From Squalus acanthias (lineage: Eukaryota): DNA of 64,000 bases. Numbering within the stretch: the stretch's first letter is position 1; each line of letters opens with the position of its first letter. The position numbers and the translations under genes are program-made. Shown piece after piece: positions 26,012 to 38,707 of this stretch. Under the pieces are notes generated by a model. The model had not been told where the DNA came from and did not search any database. It saw only the letters and a program-made list of their open reading frames with translations. The stretch is taken from NCBI GenBank assembly GCA_030390025.1, contig CM059438.1, positions 65,412,001 through 65,476,000 of the forward strand, written 5' to 3'.

Positions 26012-27396
26012 CTCTTCCCTTCCCTTCCTCGACTTGTCCGTCTCCATCTCTGGGGATAGGTTATTGACCAACATTCACTACAAGCCCACTGACTCCCACA
26101 GCTACCTGGACTACACTTCCTCCCACCCTGCCTCCTGTAAGGACTCTATTCCCTTCTCCCAGTTTCTCCGTCTCCGCCGCATCTGCTCCGACGATGCCAC
26201 CTTCCATACCAGTGCTTTCGACATGTCTTCCTTTTTCCTCAACCGAGGATTCCCCTCTACCGTGGTTGACACGGCCCTCGACCGTGTCTGTTCTATCTCC
26301 CGCACTTCTGCCCTCACCCCTGCCCCTCCCTGCCGGAACCACGATAGAGTTCCCCTTGTCCTCACCTTTCACCCCACCAGCCTTCACATTCAACGGATCA
26401 TCCTCCGCCATTTCTGCCACCTCCAATGTGATCCCACCACCAAACGTATCTTCCCCTCACCTCCCCTTTCAGCATTCCGTAGGGACCGCTCCCTCCGAGA
26501 CACCCTAGTCCACTCTTCTACCACCCCCAGTACCCTTCCCCTTTGCCCAGCACCTTCCCGTGCAAGCGCAGGAGATGCAACACCTGCCCTTATATCTCCC
26601 CCCTTCCCACTCTCCAGGGCCCCAAACACCCCTTCCAGGTGAAACAGCGATTTACTTGTACTTCTTGCAATTTAGTATACTGTATTCACTGCTCACGATG
26701 TGCTCTCCTCTACACTGGGGAGACCAAACGCAGATTGGGTGACCGCTTTGCGGAACACCTCCGTTCAGTCCGTAAGGGTGACCCCGAGCTTCCGGTCGCC
26801 TGTCATTTTAATTCACTGCTCCACGCCCACTCAGACCTCACCGTCCTCGGCCTCTTGCATTGTTCCACGGAAGCTCAGCGTAAGCTCGATGAACAGCACC
26901 TCATCTTCCCATTAGGCACTTTACAGCCTTCTGGATTCAATATCGAGTTCAACAATTTCAGTTCATAACCTCGGCCCCTACTATATATATATTTATATAT
27001 TTTTTTTATCCACACTTCTGGTTTGTGCCTTTTCGTTTTTTTTCTCTCTCCCACATGGCAGCTGTCTTTCATTCTGCCAGCGCATTTCACACTTCTAGAG
27101 CCATCTTTTGTTTCTTAACCTGTCCTATTACCATCTCGTCTCGCCTTGAGTATCTCTTAATGTCTCTACTCCTCACAGACCTCCCCTTTTGTTCTTTTAT
27201 TCCCTCCCCCAGCCTCCAAACTTGCTTTTTCATCTGTTTCATTTCCTGCTTTTTTCTCAGTTCTGACGAAGTGTCTTCGACCTGAAACGTTAACTCTGTT
27301 TCGATCTCCATGGATGTTGCCTAGCCTGCTGAGTTTTTCCAGCGCTTTCTGTTGTTATTTCAGTTTTCCAGCATCCGCAGTATTTTGCTATTGTAT
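26012..27396 (+). mobile_element. 5'-truncated Penelope-like element (second family)
   Basis: HYKPTDSHSYL...IPFSQFLRLRRICS; NLVYCIHCSRC...YTGETKRRLGDRFAEH (GIY-YIG); 9-bp TSD CAGTTAATA at 26003-26011 and 27397-27405. Confidence 0.88.
27259..27295 (+). ncRNA. Minimal hammerhead ribozyme (PLE)
   Basis: AGTT-CTGACGA-AGTGTCTTCGACCT-GAAA-CGTT-AACT: stem I AGTT/AACT, core boxes and palindromic stem III. Confidence 0.65.
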
Positions 27397-28566
27397 CAGT
27401 TAATAAAGCATATGGAATTCTGAGCTTTATAAATAGAGGCATAGAGTACAAAAGCAGGAAGTTATGCTAAAATTATATAAAACACTAGTTCGGCCCCAGC
27501 CTGAGTATTGTGTCCAATTCTGGGAACCACACTTTAGGAAGGATATGAAGGCTTTGGAGAGGTAACAGAAGAGATTTACTAGAGTGGTTCCAGGGATAAG
27601 GGATTACAGTTACGTGGATAGACTGGAGAAGCTGGGGTTGTTCTCCTTAGAGCAGAGAAGACTAAGAGGAGATTTGATAGCAGTGTTTAAAATCATGCAG
27701 GGTTCAGATGGAGTAAATAAAGGGAAACTGTTTCCAGTGGCTGAAGGGTCGATAGCCAGAGGCACCGATTAAAGATGATTGGCAAAAGAACCAGAGGTGA
27801 CATGAGGAAAAACTTTTTTACGCAGCCAGAGATTAGGATTTGGAATGCACTGCCTGATAGGGTGGTGGATACAGATTCAATAGTAGCCTCCAAAAGGGAA
27901 TTGGATAAATACTTGAAGGAGAAAAAATTGCAGGGATATGGGGAAAGATCGGGAGAGTGGGACTAACTGGATTGCTCTTCGAAAGAGCCGGCGCAGACTC
28001 GATTAGCTGAATGGCCTCCTTCTGTGCTGTACTATTCTATGATTCTATGATAAGCAAAGAAAGTTCAGAGGATATGTCAGCACTGGGTACCAAGCCATTT
28101 TCTGAGGGGGTGTTGGTCTGATTTTTGAGCATGCTGTCAGTTTTCCTTGCATTTGTATCGATTTTTTCTCGGCTTTGCAGAATTTACACCAAAATATTAA
28201 AATCCCAGCAATTCAAACTGTTGCCAAGGCTGCAGGGCCTTGAATGAATTTTAGGAAGATCAGCAAGAAGAGCGGTTGCACCAATATCAGTACATCACAG
28301 TTCCAAATAAACGATGCAACTACACAGCAGTTGTAAATCTTTAGCTTAGTACAGTTTTGGCCTGAGTGAGACCTCCTGGCCCTGCCTCTTTGCCCTCTGC
28401 CTGGTCTCAGACTCGGTAAAAGCTAGCGACCCTAGCTGACAGTGGAGTTGATAAAACAGAAGAAGATGAGAAACCCAGTGGCGCGACAGAGACATCAGAG
28501 AGGAGAAGAGAGAAGGATCAGCTGTCAGATGACAAGCTTTCTCTTGCACCTGTTCAGGACTGGGAG

Positions 28567-29260
28567 AGAACATAAGAACATAAGAAACAGGAGCAGGAGT
28601 AGGCCAATCGGCCCCTCGAGCCTGCTCCGCCATTCAGTAAGATCATGGCTGATCCAATCTTGGCCTCAACACCACTTTCCCGCTCTCTCCCCATACCCCT
28701 TGACTCCCTTGTAGTTCAAATGTCTGTCAATCTCCGCCTTGAATATATTCAATGACTCCGCCTCCACAGCTCTCTGGGGTAGAGAATTCCAAAGATGCAC
28801 GACCCTCTGAGAGAAGAAATTCCTCCTCATCTCCATCTTAAATGGGCGACCCCTTATTCTGAAACTATGCCCCCTAGTTCTAGATACCCCCACTAGGGGA
28901 AACATCCTCTCAGCATCTACCCTGTCAATCACCCTCAGAATCTTATATGTTTCAATAAGATCACCTCTCCTACGAAACTCCAATGAGTATAGGCCCAACC
29001 TGCTCAACCTTTCGTCATACGTCAACCCCTTCATCCCAGGAATCAACCTAGTGAACCTTCTCTGTACTGCCTCCAATGCAAGTATATCCTTCCTTAAATA
29101 TGGAGACCACAACTGTACGCAGTACTCCAGGTGCGGTCTCACCAGCGCCCTGTAAAGTTGCATCACAACTTCCCTACTTTTATACTCCATACCCCTTGCA
29201 ATAAAGTTCAACATTCCATTAGCCTTCCTAATTATTTGCTGTAGCTGCATGCTAACTTTT
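28567..29260 (-). mobile_element. CR1 LINE 3' fragment
   Basis: ORF 28666-29331 (LYRALVRPHLEYC...WNSLP) plus CR1 3' UTR and (ATGTTCTT)n tail. Confidence 0.88.
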
Positions 29261-29669
29261 TTTAGAGGGGTGTGAGATGAAAAAATTATTAACTCCCAAG
29301 AATAAATAAACCATGTTTGGCAGGCAGTCATTACCCTCCATATGATGTTTCAGGAAAGTGGATTTTGTTATGGAAACAAGCTTGATCAGGAGGATGAAGC
29401 CAGAGTAAAGAAATTTTGCCTCCAGTGGTTTCAGCCTGAAAAGGTATGAAAGCAGGGAAAGGAGTCTTTGTCTTGCCGCTTCTCTGATTCAGAGGTGTAG
29501 CCTCTCTGTATTTTACCCCCTGGGCTGTTGGGGCTTTGTGGTCACATCAAATGTCTTGTCGGGCTGGTTTGATGAGGTAAGCAGGTCACTGACTCCTTCT
29601 ACTGCAAAAGTCTCTCAGTCAGAATGGAAATCTTAAACAGCACATGCAATCATGGTACAGGGGTGATGT

Positions 29670-30135
29670 CATAAGAACATAAGAAATAGGAGCAGGAGTA
29701 GGTGATTTGGCCCCTCGAGCCTGCTCCGCCATTCAATAAGATCATGGCTGATCTTCGACCTCAACTCCACTTTCCTGCACTATCCCCATATCCCTTGATT
29801 CCCTTAATATCCAAAAATCTATCGATCTCTGTCTTGAATATACTCAACAACTGAGCCTCCACAGCCCTCTGGGGTAGAGAATTCCAAAGCACTTCATGAA
29901 GCACTTCTTCACACGAAGGGTAATGGAAATCTGGAACTCTCCCCCAAAAAAAGCTATTGAGGCTGGGGGTCAATTGGAAATTTCAAAACTGAGATTGATA
30001 GATTTCTTTTAGGTAAGTGTATCAAGGGATATGGAACCAAGATGGGTAAATGGAGTTGAGATACAGATCAGCCATGATCTAATTGAATGGTGGAACAGGT
30101 TTGAGGAGCTGAATGGCCTACTCCTGTTCCTATGT
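29670..30135. mobile_element. Two CR1 3'-end fragments in opposite orientation (minus ~29670-29887, plus ~29900-30135)
   Basis: WNSLP...GYG motif and the CR1 3' UTR stem on each strand. Confidence 0.7.
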
Positions 30136-30434
30136 AGCAGAGTGAACATATAGCAGCAATATGGCAACAGGTATGGTAGTGCTGTGGTTATGATGCCAGA
30201 CTAAATCCCACCATGGCAAGTTGTGAAACTGAATTGAATAAATCTTGTGGATATATTGAGCTTGTAAATGGTGGTAACATCTGGACTAGCACCTGAAAAG
30301 AATGACCATGAAAGTTGTCAGGTCGTTGTCACAACCTGGCTAGTTCACTAATGTCCTTCAAGGAAGGCAAACCACCACGCCGAGCTGGTCTGATCTATAT
30401 ATGATTCTAGTTCACACTACATGCTTGACTCTTA

Positions 30435-31130
30435 GGGGGAAAAATTGAGTCGTGCCCCCTTTGGGACGCTAACTTCGCCGGGGGGCTACTTCCCGAAAAA
30501 ATTAGCGCCCCCGCAGGCCGAAATTCATTGGTAGCGCCCCAAGAGGGAGTGGGGCGCTGCTGGAAGCACCCCGCCTCCCTCTTGGGGCGCTGCGAGGGAA
30601 TATCGTGGCACGTCGCGCCGCGGTACTGCAGGCCTTCCTCCCCTTCTTAAAGGGGAGGGGCCTTGTGCAGCGTGACCCGGGGCCCAGCTGGGCCACCATG
30701 GATCGGAGTACCAGCAAAAGAACCCAGCACTCAAGAGAAGTGCCGGGTTCACGGAGCGCAGCCGACATTCTGCGGGGGGGCTTCTCAGAAGGCCAGGGAC
30801 GGCAACGGGGCAGGTGCTGGCAGGCGGCCAGCAACAAAAATGGCTGCCCGGCACCTCACCTTTAATTAGCACTGCCCGCAGGTATGACATAACGTCCGGT
30901 GGTATGTCAGGGGGCGCTACTGAAGATCGCGGCTGGGGCGCGAGCGGGGCGCTGCGCACGGCGATGACATCATCGGCGGCGGCGGAGCGCGGCAGGGCGC
31001 TAACGGTTACCGCCACCGCTAACCTCCTGCTGAATTTCGCGGGAGGTGCTGGCGGCGCCGCACCTGGGCGCTAGTTGCTTTGCGCCCCGTTAGCACCCTC
31101 TTAGGCGCAAAGCAACCACATTTTTCCCCC
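30435..31130. mobile_element. GC-rich Harbinger MITE
   Basis: TIRs GGGGGAAAAAT...ATTTTTCCCCC; flanks TTA/TCA; subterminal GGCGCT motifs shared with 18626-22809. Confidence 0.8.
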
Positions 31131-31767
31131 TCAATGCCCTCTAAGGTGGTCTAGCAAACCAAACAATTTCAATTAAAAAAGAAGGCCTACCACTAACTTC
31201 TCAGGGCAACTGAGACTGCCCACACCCCAAGAACAAATAATAAAAAAGCTTCAAGCACTCAACCCTCAATAGCAGAGCTGGTATTTTAAATGTCCCTAAT
31301 ACGTATTATGAGGAAACATGCATCACTTTAATCTGATACATTACCTCGAGCCTTTCTTCACCGCCTCCCCAAACAATTAGACAGCAATATAATTACCAGC
31401 TGAACAATTCAATAACTGCTGAAACTTTGAGATTAGGCGACATTAAATTATTTTGTAAACATTGAAAGGTCAAATGTCAGTTTGTGTGTTGCAAAAACAG
31501 TCAGAGGAAGAATGTCAGTACATTATTTTGAGGTCAGTTGATGTATTTGTTGTAAAAGAGCTCACCGATCAGAATGTCATCTTTGCTCTCAGACTGAAAT
31601 AATCCCTGACAGAACTGGTTTGCTGAACATTAGAGCAATGATGAGTTGTGATGCCATCAGAAGTTCACTGAGGGAAGACTTTGAGAACCTTGTAGATAAA
31701 TATCTGAAGATTCTACTGTGTGACCTCTGGGGCATAATTTTGGAGAGCCATGCTCAGAAAAAAGAGA

Positions 31768-31965
31768 GGTCGCACAACACCAGGTTATAGTCCAACAGTT
31801 TTATTTGAAATCACAAGCTTTCGGAGCTATCGATTGCCCCTTCCTCAGGTGAAGCAATCGATAGCTCCGAAAGCTTGTGATTTCAAATAAAACTGTTGGA
31901 CTATAACCTGGTGTTGTGCGACCTCTCAATTTTGTCCACCCCAGTCCAACACCGGCATCTCCGCA
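31768..31965. mobile_element. Short PLE pseudo-LTR insertion with inverted duplication
   Basis: Same family as 11681-11805; 74-bp inverted arms; TSD TCAGAAAAAAGAGA at 31754-31767 and 31966-31979. Confidence 0.85.
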
Positions 31966-32079
31966 TCAGAAAAAAGAGACCAGTGTTGACAATTGTTACA
32001 CCTCAAAACCTTTGAAAGATGATTGATTTCCCATGTTAAGAGCTATCGTAATGCCGTTAAAATTCATTAATGCACAAAT

Positions 32080-32306
32080 ATCATAGAATCATGGAATTGC
32101 ACAGGACAGAAGGAGGCCATTCGGCCCATCGTGCCTGTGCCAGTTCTTTGAAAGAGCTATCCAATTAGTTCCACTCCCCTGCTTGTTCCCCACAGCACTG
32201 CAAATTTTTACTTTTCAAGTGTATATCCCTTTTGACAGTTACTATTGAATCTGCTTCCACCACCCTTTCAGGCAGTGAATTCCAGATCACAACAACTCAC
32301 TGTGTG
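32080..32306 (-). mobile_element. CR1 3'-end fragment
   Basis: CR1 3' UTR (gaatggcctccttctgt) and (ATTCTATG)-like tail on the minus strand. Confidence 0.65.
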
Positions 32307-32618
32307 AAATATATACGTTACTTCCAGGTCAGGCACAGCCTTCAAAACTTGTATTGCAGTGCTTCCCCTGCAATCACCATGCAGCTTGTACAGGAGACAT
32401 GAAACAAACACCTTGGCTGCCTGTTCACATAGGCATCTTCTTGTGGCACTATTCAAAGAGCAGGAAGTAAGCCCGGGGTCCTGGCCAACATTCTTCCTTC
32501 AACGAATAGTGCCAGTAAATAAAGCAGGCCTAACTGCTCATTCATCTCAATTAACATGAGCAATGGCCGCCATGTCTGCAAACATAACAGCTGTCACTGC
32601 ACTTTACAGTGACTTATT

Positions 32619-33485
32619 GGCCACGATTTTCTGCTTTGAGGCGATTTGCGGGCGGGACAGCTGCCTTCCGGGTTCCAATCCCGCCCCCATTGAAATCCGG
32701 CACACAGATGCGATTTTGCGTCAATTGACTTTGTTAAGCCCACCCTGTGGGCTTGCTGGCCAATTAAGAGAATGCCGGTGTCAGGTGACGTCAGTTGATG
32801 CGGGGTGATCTGCCGGTTTTCTTAAAGGGGCCACGCACAATTTTTTTTGACTGGTGATTTCTCAGTGTTTGACAGCATCGAGGTGCTGCAAACACTGACA
32901 ATCACTGTACAAAGGTGAGCCCTTGCACCCAGACTCTCCAGTGACTCCCTCCTTAGGCTAGAACAGATGGCAGCTGCAGGTGAGGTTACAGAAGCGATCT
33001 GTCACTGGTGAGAGAGGTTCTCCCAATGAGGTGGGACTACACAAACAATTCAAAACTTGTCACCTACAGAAAAGTCTAAATACACTAAAAATGATTTTCC
33101 CAACATTTCCTTACCTCTGAAACTCACCAGTGTACCATTGGATCCTTCACACCACTTCTGTAGCTGTCATCAATGCACAAACATTACAGTAGAGCCACAG
33201 CACACCACACTTACCTGGCGTGGTGTCTGGATGTCAGGAAGCCCGCAGTACACCTGTTAAAATTGCAAAAAGCCTCTTAACTGCCTGTTAACAACCTGTT
33301 AACAAGCAGTTAAGTGCCTATAATCTTCTTCCCACCGCTAGGTGTCGGGTCCATGCGCAAATCGGGGACCCGACACCTGGGAAGATTGTTTGGAGGCGGG
33401 TTTCCGACCCACTGTCAATCTTTGCGATTTTGCCGGATGTCCCGCTTCCAAACCCGCCCCCTGAGCGCCTTGCAAAATTCCGGCC
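32619..33485. mobile_element. PIF/Harbinger-type MITE, copy 1
   Basis: TIRs GGCCACGATTTT...AAAATTCCGGCC; TSD ATT/ATT; inverted relative at 61939-62803. Confidence 0.8.
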
Positions 33486-33821
33486 ATTGTCTCTGCAACA
33501 AGGAATTTGTCTTGAAGGTGACTTACTAAACAGTTGCACTCATCGGCATGGCTACATGCACATACTGGATTGTCAAATATAAAAACAATTAGTAGTGCTG
33601 GACGTGGGATACTATCAGTGATATCATCAGGCAACAGCAATGAGCTGTAGCAATGGAGCATTAAACTGACGGTAACAGAAGTCCACTAAAGGTATATTAT
33701 GGATATGCTGGAGTCTTTTACGGATGGACTGTCAATTCCTTGCAGTAAGGCATAAATGTGCTGCTATTTAAGGAGCAAATGCAGCTTTGCTTTTCTCAGG
33801 CCCTTGTTCTCTCCTTTCTAT

Positions 33822-34307
33822 AACAAACTGTCACAGGACAGAGAGTGAAGAGACTCAGAACAAACTGCCACAGGACAGAGTGAGGAGACTCAGAACAAAC
33901 TGTCACAGGACGGAGAGTGAGGAGACTCAGAACAAACTGCCACAGGACAGAGTGAGGAGACTCAGAACAAACTGCCACAGGACAGAGAGTGAGGAGACTC
34001 AGAACAAACTGTCACAGGACAGAGAGTGAAGAGACTCAGAACAAACTGCCACAGGACAGAGTGAGGAGACTCAGAACAAACTGTCACAGGACAGAGTGAG
34101 GAGACTCAGAACAAACTGCCACAGGACAGAGAGTGAAGAGACTCAGAACAAACTGCCACAGGACAGAGTGAGGAGACTCAGAACAAACTGCCACAGGACA
34201 GAGAGTGAGGAGACTCAGAACAAACTGTCACAGGACAGAGAGTGAAGAGACTCAGAACAAACTGCCACAGGACGGAGAGTGAAGAGACTCAGAACAAACT
34301 GTCACAG
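33822..34307 (+). repeat. Minisatellite, 36/38-bp unit, about 13 copies
   Basis: aacaaactgYcacaggacagag(ag)tgaRgagactcag tandem array abutting the CR1 5' end. Confidence 0.92.
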
Positions 34308-34374
34308 AAGTGTATTGTTTTTAATTTAAATTAATTAAAGGGTAAATAATAATAAATTTAATTAATTACATAGA

Positions 34375-35331
34375 ATGGGAGAGCAGGTGATGTGTTACTG
34401 CTGCAATATGTGGGAACTGGAGGACACCATTGATGTTCACGGTGATCACATTTGCAGTAAGTGTTGGCTGCTCGAGGAACTCCGGCTCCGTGTTGATGAG
34501 CTGGAGTCCGAGCTTCAAACACTGCGACACATCAGGGAGGGGGAGAGTTACCTGGACTCTGTGTTCCAGGAGGTAGTCACACCAATTAGATTAACTAATT
34601 CAGATGTAGCCCATGATCAGGGACAGGAGGGTGTGACTACGAGTGAGGCAGGTACGGGGATCCAGGAGGTAGTGTTGGAGGAGCCGCAGCCCTTGCTCTT
34701 GTCCAACAGGTTCGAGGCTCTTACTCCCTGTGAGGACGGGAGCAGGGACTGCAGGGAGGATGAGCAACCTGGCCACAGCACTGTGGTACGGGGAGCCATT
34801 CAAGTGGGGGGAGTAAAAAGAAATGTTGTAGTGGTAGGGGATAGTATCATTAAGGGGATAGATAGGGTTCTTTGCAGCCGAGAGCGAGAGTCCCGAAGGC
34901 TATGTTGCCTGCCCGGTGCCAGGGTTAAGGACATCTCCTCTGGGCTGGAGAGAAACTTGGAGTGGGAGGGGGAAGATCCAGTTGTCGTGGTCCATGTTGG
35001 TACCAATGACATAGATAGGACAAGGAATGAGGTTCTGCTGAGGGAGTATGAGCAGCTAGGGGCCAAATTAAAAAACAGAACCTCTAGGGTAGTAATCTCT
35101 GGATTACTACCTGAGCCACGAGCAAATTTGGCTAGGGTAAATAAAATCAGAGGGTTAAATGCGTGGCTCAAAGACTGGTGTGGGAGAAATGGGTTTTGCT
35201 ACCTGGGACACTGGCACCAGTACTGGGACAGGAGAGAGCTGTTCCGTTGGGACGGACTTCACTTGGCCAGTGCTGGGACTAGAGTCCTGGCGAATCGAAT
35301 AACTAGGGCTGTAGAGAGGGCTTTAAACTAA
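34375..35331 (+). CDS. CR1 ORF1p (zinc finger/leucine zipper plus SGNH esterase)
   Basis: CxxC...CxKC, LEELRLRVDELESELQTL, VGDS, HVGTND, DGLHL; intact 318 aa. Confidence 0.88.
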   Translation: MGEQVMCYCCNMWELEDTIDVHGDHICSKCWLLEELRLRVDELESELQTLRHIREGESYLDSVFQEVVTPIRLTNSDVAHDQGQEGVTTSEAGTGIQEVVLEEPQPLLLSNRFEALTPCEDGSRDCREDEQPGHSTVVRGAIQVGGVKRNVVVVGDSIIKGIDRVLCSRERESRRLCCLPGARVKDISSGLERNLEWEGEDPVVVVHVGTNDIDRTRNEVLLREYEQLGAKLKNRTSRVVISGLLPEPRANLARVNKIRGLNAWLKDWCGRNGFCYLGHWHQYWDRRELFRWDGLHLASAGTRVLANRITRAVERALN

Positions 35332-35369
35332 TTAGTGGGGGGGAGGTTTCAAGAGAGCAAAAAATAAAA

Positions 35370-38300
35370 ATGTCAGCGGAGAAGGCAATAGAGCAAAGTA
35401 GCAGTGGGGTAATTAAAAACCAGAGCGTGTCAGGAAGGGACAGAATATATAAAGATAAAGGTAAAGTAGTAAAGGGGGTAAAAGCAGGAATAAATTGTCA
35501 CAAAACATATTTAAAAGTTCTTTATCTGAATGCACGCAGCATTCGTAACAAAATAGACGAATTGACGGTACAAATAACTACGTATGGGTATGATCTTGTG
35601 GCCATTACAGAAACATGGCTGCAGGGTGACAACGACTGGGAATTAAATATGCCAGGGTATTTAACAATCAGGAAGGACAGACAGGAAGGAAGAGGAGGTG
35701 GGGTAGCTATGTTAATAAAGGAAGGAATCACTGTATTACAGAGAAATGATATTGGGTCAAAGGATCAGGATAATGAAACAGTTTGGGTGGAGATAAGGAA
35801 TAATAAAGGGAAAAAAACACTAGTGGGAGTAGTATATAGGCCTCCTAATAGTTGCAACTCTGCTGGAAGAAGTATTAATCAGGAAATAGTTGGGGCATGT
35901 AATAAGGGAACAGCTATAATTATGGGGGATTTTAACTATCATATTAACTGGACAAATCAAATTGGGCAGGGCAGCCTTGAGGAAGAGTTTATTGAGTGTA
36001 TTAGGGATGGATTTCTTGAGCAGTATGTAACTGGTCTGACAAGGGGGCAAGCAACCTTGGACCTGGTCCTGTGTAATGAGTCAGGATTAATTAATAATGT
36101 CCTAGTTAAGGATCCCCTTGGAATGAGTGACCATAACATGGTTGAATTCCATATCCAATTAGAGGGTGAGAAGGTTGGTTCTCAGACAAGCGGACTGAGC
36201 TTGAATAAAGGAGACTATGATGGTATGAGAGCGGAATTGATTAAAGTGGACTGGGAAAATAGATTAAAGGGTAAGACGGTACATGAGCAGTGGTGTTCAT
36301 TTAAGGAGTTATTTTACAACTTTCAAAAAATATATATTCCACTGAGGAAAAAAGGGTGTAAAAGAAATGACAGCCATCCGTGGCTAAGTAAAGAAATTAA
36401 GGATAGTATCCAACTAAAAACAAGGACATATAAGGTAGCCAAACTTAGTGGGAGGATAGAAGATTGGGAAGTCTTCAAAAGACAGCAAAAAGTAACTAAA
36501 GGATTGATTAAGAAAGGGAAGATAGATTATGAAAATAAATTAGCAAAAAATATAAAAACAGATAGCAAGAGTTTCTATAGTTATATAAAAAGAAAAAGGG
36601 TGGCTAAGGCAAACGTAGGTCCCTTAGAGGATGAGACGGGGAAATTAATGGTGGGAAACATGGAGATGGCAAAAATGCTGAACAAATATTTTGTTTCAGT
36701 CTTTACGGTAGAGGACACTAAGAATATCCCAACACTGGACAAACAGGGGGCTCTAGGGGGGGGAGGAGCTAAATACGATTAAAATCACAAAGGAATTGGT
36801 ACTCAGTAAAATAATGGGACTCAAGGCGGATAAATCCCCTGGACCTGATGGCTTACATCCTAGGGTCTTGAGGGAAGTGGCAATAGGGATTGTGGATGCT
36901 TTGGTAATAATTTTCCAAAATTCCCTGGACTCAGCAAAGGTCCCGGCAGATTGGAAAACTGCAAATGTAACACCCTTATTTAAAAAGGGTAGTAGGCAGA
37001 AAGCTGGAAATTATAGACCAGTTAGTCTAACATCTGTGGTGGGTAAAATTTTGGAGTCTATTATTAAGGAGACAGTAATGGAACATTTAGATAAACATAA
37101 TTTGATAGGACAAAGTCAGCATGGCTTTATAGATACATAGATACATAGAAGATAGGAGCAGGAGTAGGCCATCCGGCCCTTCGAGCCTGCTCCGCCATTT
37201 AATGAGATCATGGCTGATCCTCCAATTCAGTATCCCGTCCCCGCCTTCTCTCCGTAACCCTTAACCCATTTTGCCTGTAGAAATATATCTAATTCCCTCT
37301 TAAATATATTTAATGAGCTGGCGTACACTGCCCTCTGTGGCAATGAGTTCCACAGGTTCACCACCCTCTGAGTGAAGAAATTCCCCCTCATTTCTGTCCT
37401 AAATGGTTTAGCCCTTATCCTTAAATGATGTCCTCTAGTTCTGTTCTCACCCGCCAAGGGAAACATTACTTCTGCATCTAGTCTGTCTAGACCTGTCAGA
37501 ATTTTATACACTTATGAAGGGGAAATCATGTCTGACAAATTTGCTTGAGTTCTTTGAGGACATAACATACAGGGTGGATAAAGGGGAACCAATGGACGTA
37601 GTGTATTTAGACTTCCAGAAGGCATTCGACAAGGTGCCACATAAAAGATTATTGCTCAAGATAAAAAATCACTGGATTGGGGGGAATATTCTGGCATGGG
37701 TGGAGGATTGGTTATCTAACAGGAAGCAGAGAGTTGGGATAAATGGTTCATTCTCGGACTGGCAACCAGTAGCCAGTGGTGTTCCGCAGGGGTCGGTGCT
37801 GGGTCCCCAACTCTTTACAATCTATATTAACGATTTGGAGGAGGGGACCGAGTGTAACATATCAAAGTTTGCAGATGATACAAAGATGGGAGGGAAAGTA
37901 GAAAGTGAGGAGGACATAAAAAACCTACAAGGGGATATAGACAAGCTGGGTGAGTGGGCAGAGATTTGGCAGATGCAATACAATATTGGAAAATGTGAGG
38001 TTATGCACTTTGGCAGGAAAAATCAGAGAGCAAGTTATTATCTTAATGGCGAGAAACTGGAAAGTACTGCAGTACAAAGGGATCTGGGGGTCCTAGTGCA
38101 AGAAAATCAAAAAGTTAGTATGCAGGTGCAACAGGTGATCAAGAAGGCCAATGGAATGTTGGCTTTTATTGCTAAGGGGATAGATTATAAAAACAGGGAG
38201 GTATTGCTACAGTTATATAAGGTATTGGTGAGACCGCATCTGGAATACTGCATACAGTTTTGGTGTCCATACTTAAGAAAAGACATACTTGCTCTCGAGG

Positions 38301-38707
38301 CAGTACAAAGAAGGTTCACTCGGTTAATCCCCGGGATGAGGGGGTGGACATACGAGGAGAGGTTGAGTAGATTGGGACTCTACTCATTGGAGTTCAGAAG
38401 AATGAGAGGCGATCTTATTGAAACATATAAGATTGTGAAGGGGCTTGATCGGGTGGATGTGGTAAGGATGTTCCCAAGGATGGGTGAAACTAGAACTAGG
38501 GGACATAATCTTAGAATAAGGGGCTGCTCTTTCAAAACTGAGATGAGGAGAAACTTCTTCACTCAGAGGGTAGTAGGTCTGTGGAATTTGCTGCCCCAGG
38601 AAGCTGTGGAAGCTACATCATTAAATAAATTTAAAACAGAAATAGACAGTTTCCTAGAAGTAAAGGGAATTAGGGGTTACGGGGAGCGGGCAGGAAATTG
38701 GACATAA
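35370..38707 (+). pseudogene. CR1 ORF2p (APE endonuclease plus RT), frameshifted at the G-run near 36760 and interrupted at 37131-37511
   Basis: ORF pieces 35370-36782, 36796-37130 and 37514-38707. Confidence 0.9.
37131..37511 (-). mobile_element. CR1 3' fragment inserted antisense into CR1 ORF2
   Basis: Tail (ATCTATGT)n at the left end; TTAT duplicated on both sides; host reads QHGF|MKGKSC after removal. Confidence 0.85.

Larger units (their letters stand above)
17060..28050 (+). mobile_element. Old CR1 LINE 3' part, split by three nested insertions
   Basis: RT-coding pieces at 17060-17195, 18091-18186, 25684-26011 and 27397-27966 rejoin collinearly; CR1 3' tail (ATTCTATG)n near 28030. Confidence 0.75.

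Noticed and set aside
33787..34307. CRISPR-like regular ~37-bp repeats and a repeat ORF
   Set aside because: No unique spacers, no cas genes, eukaryotic context; a plain tandem repeat
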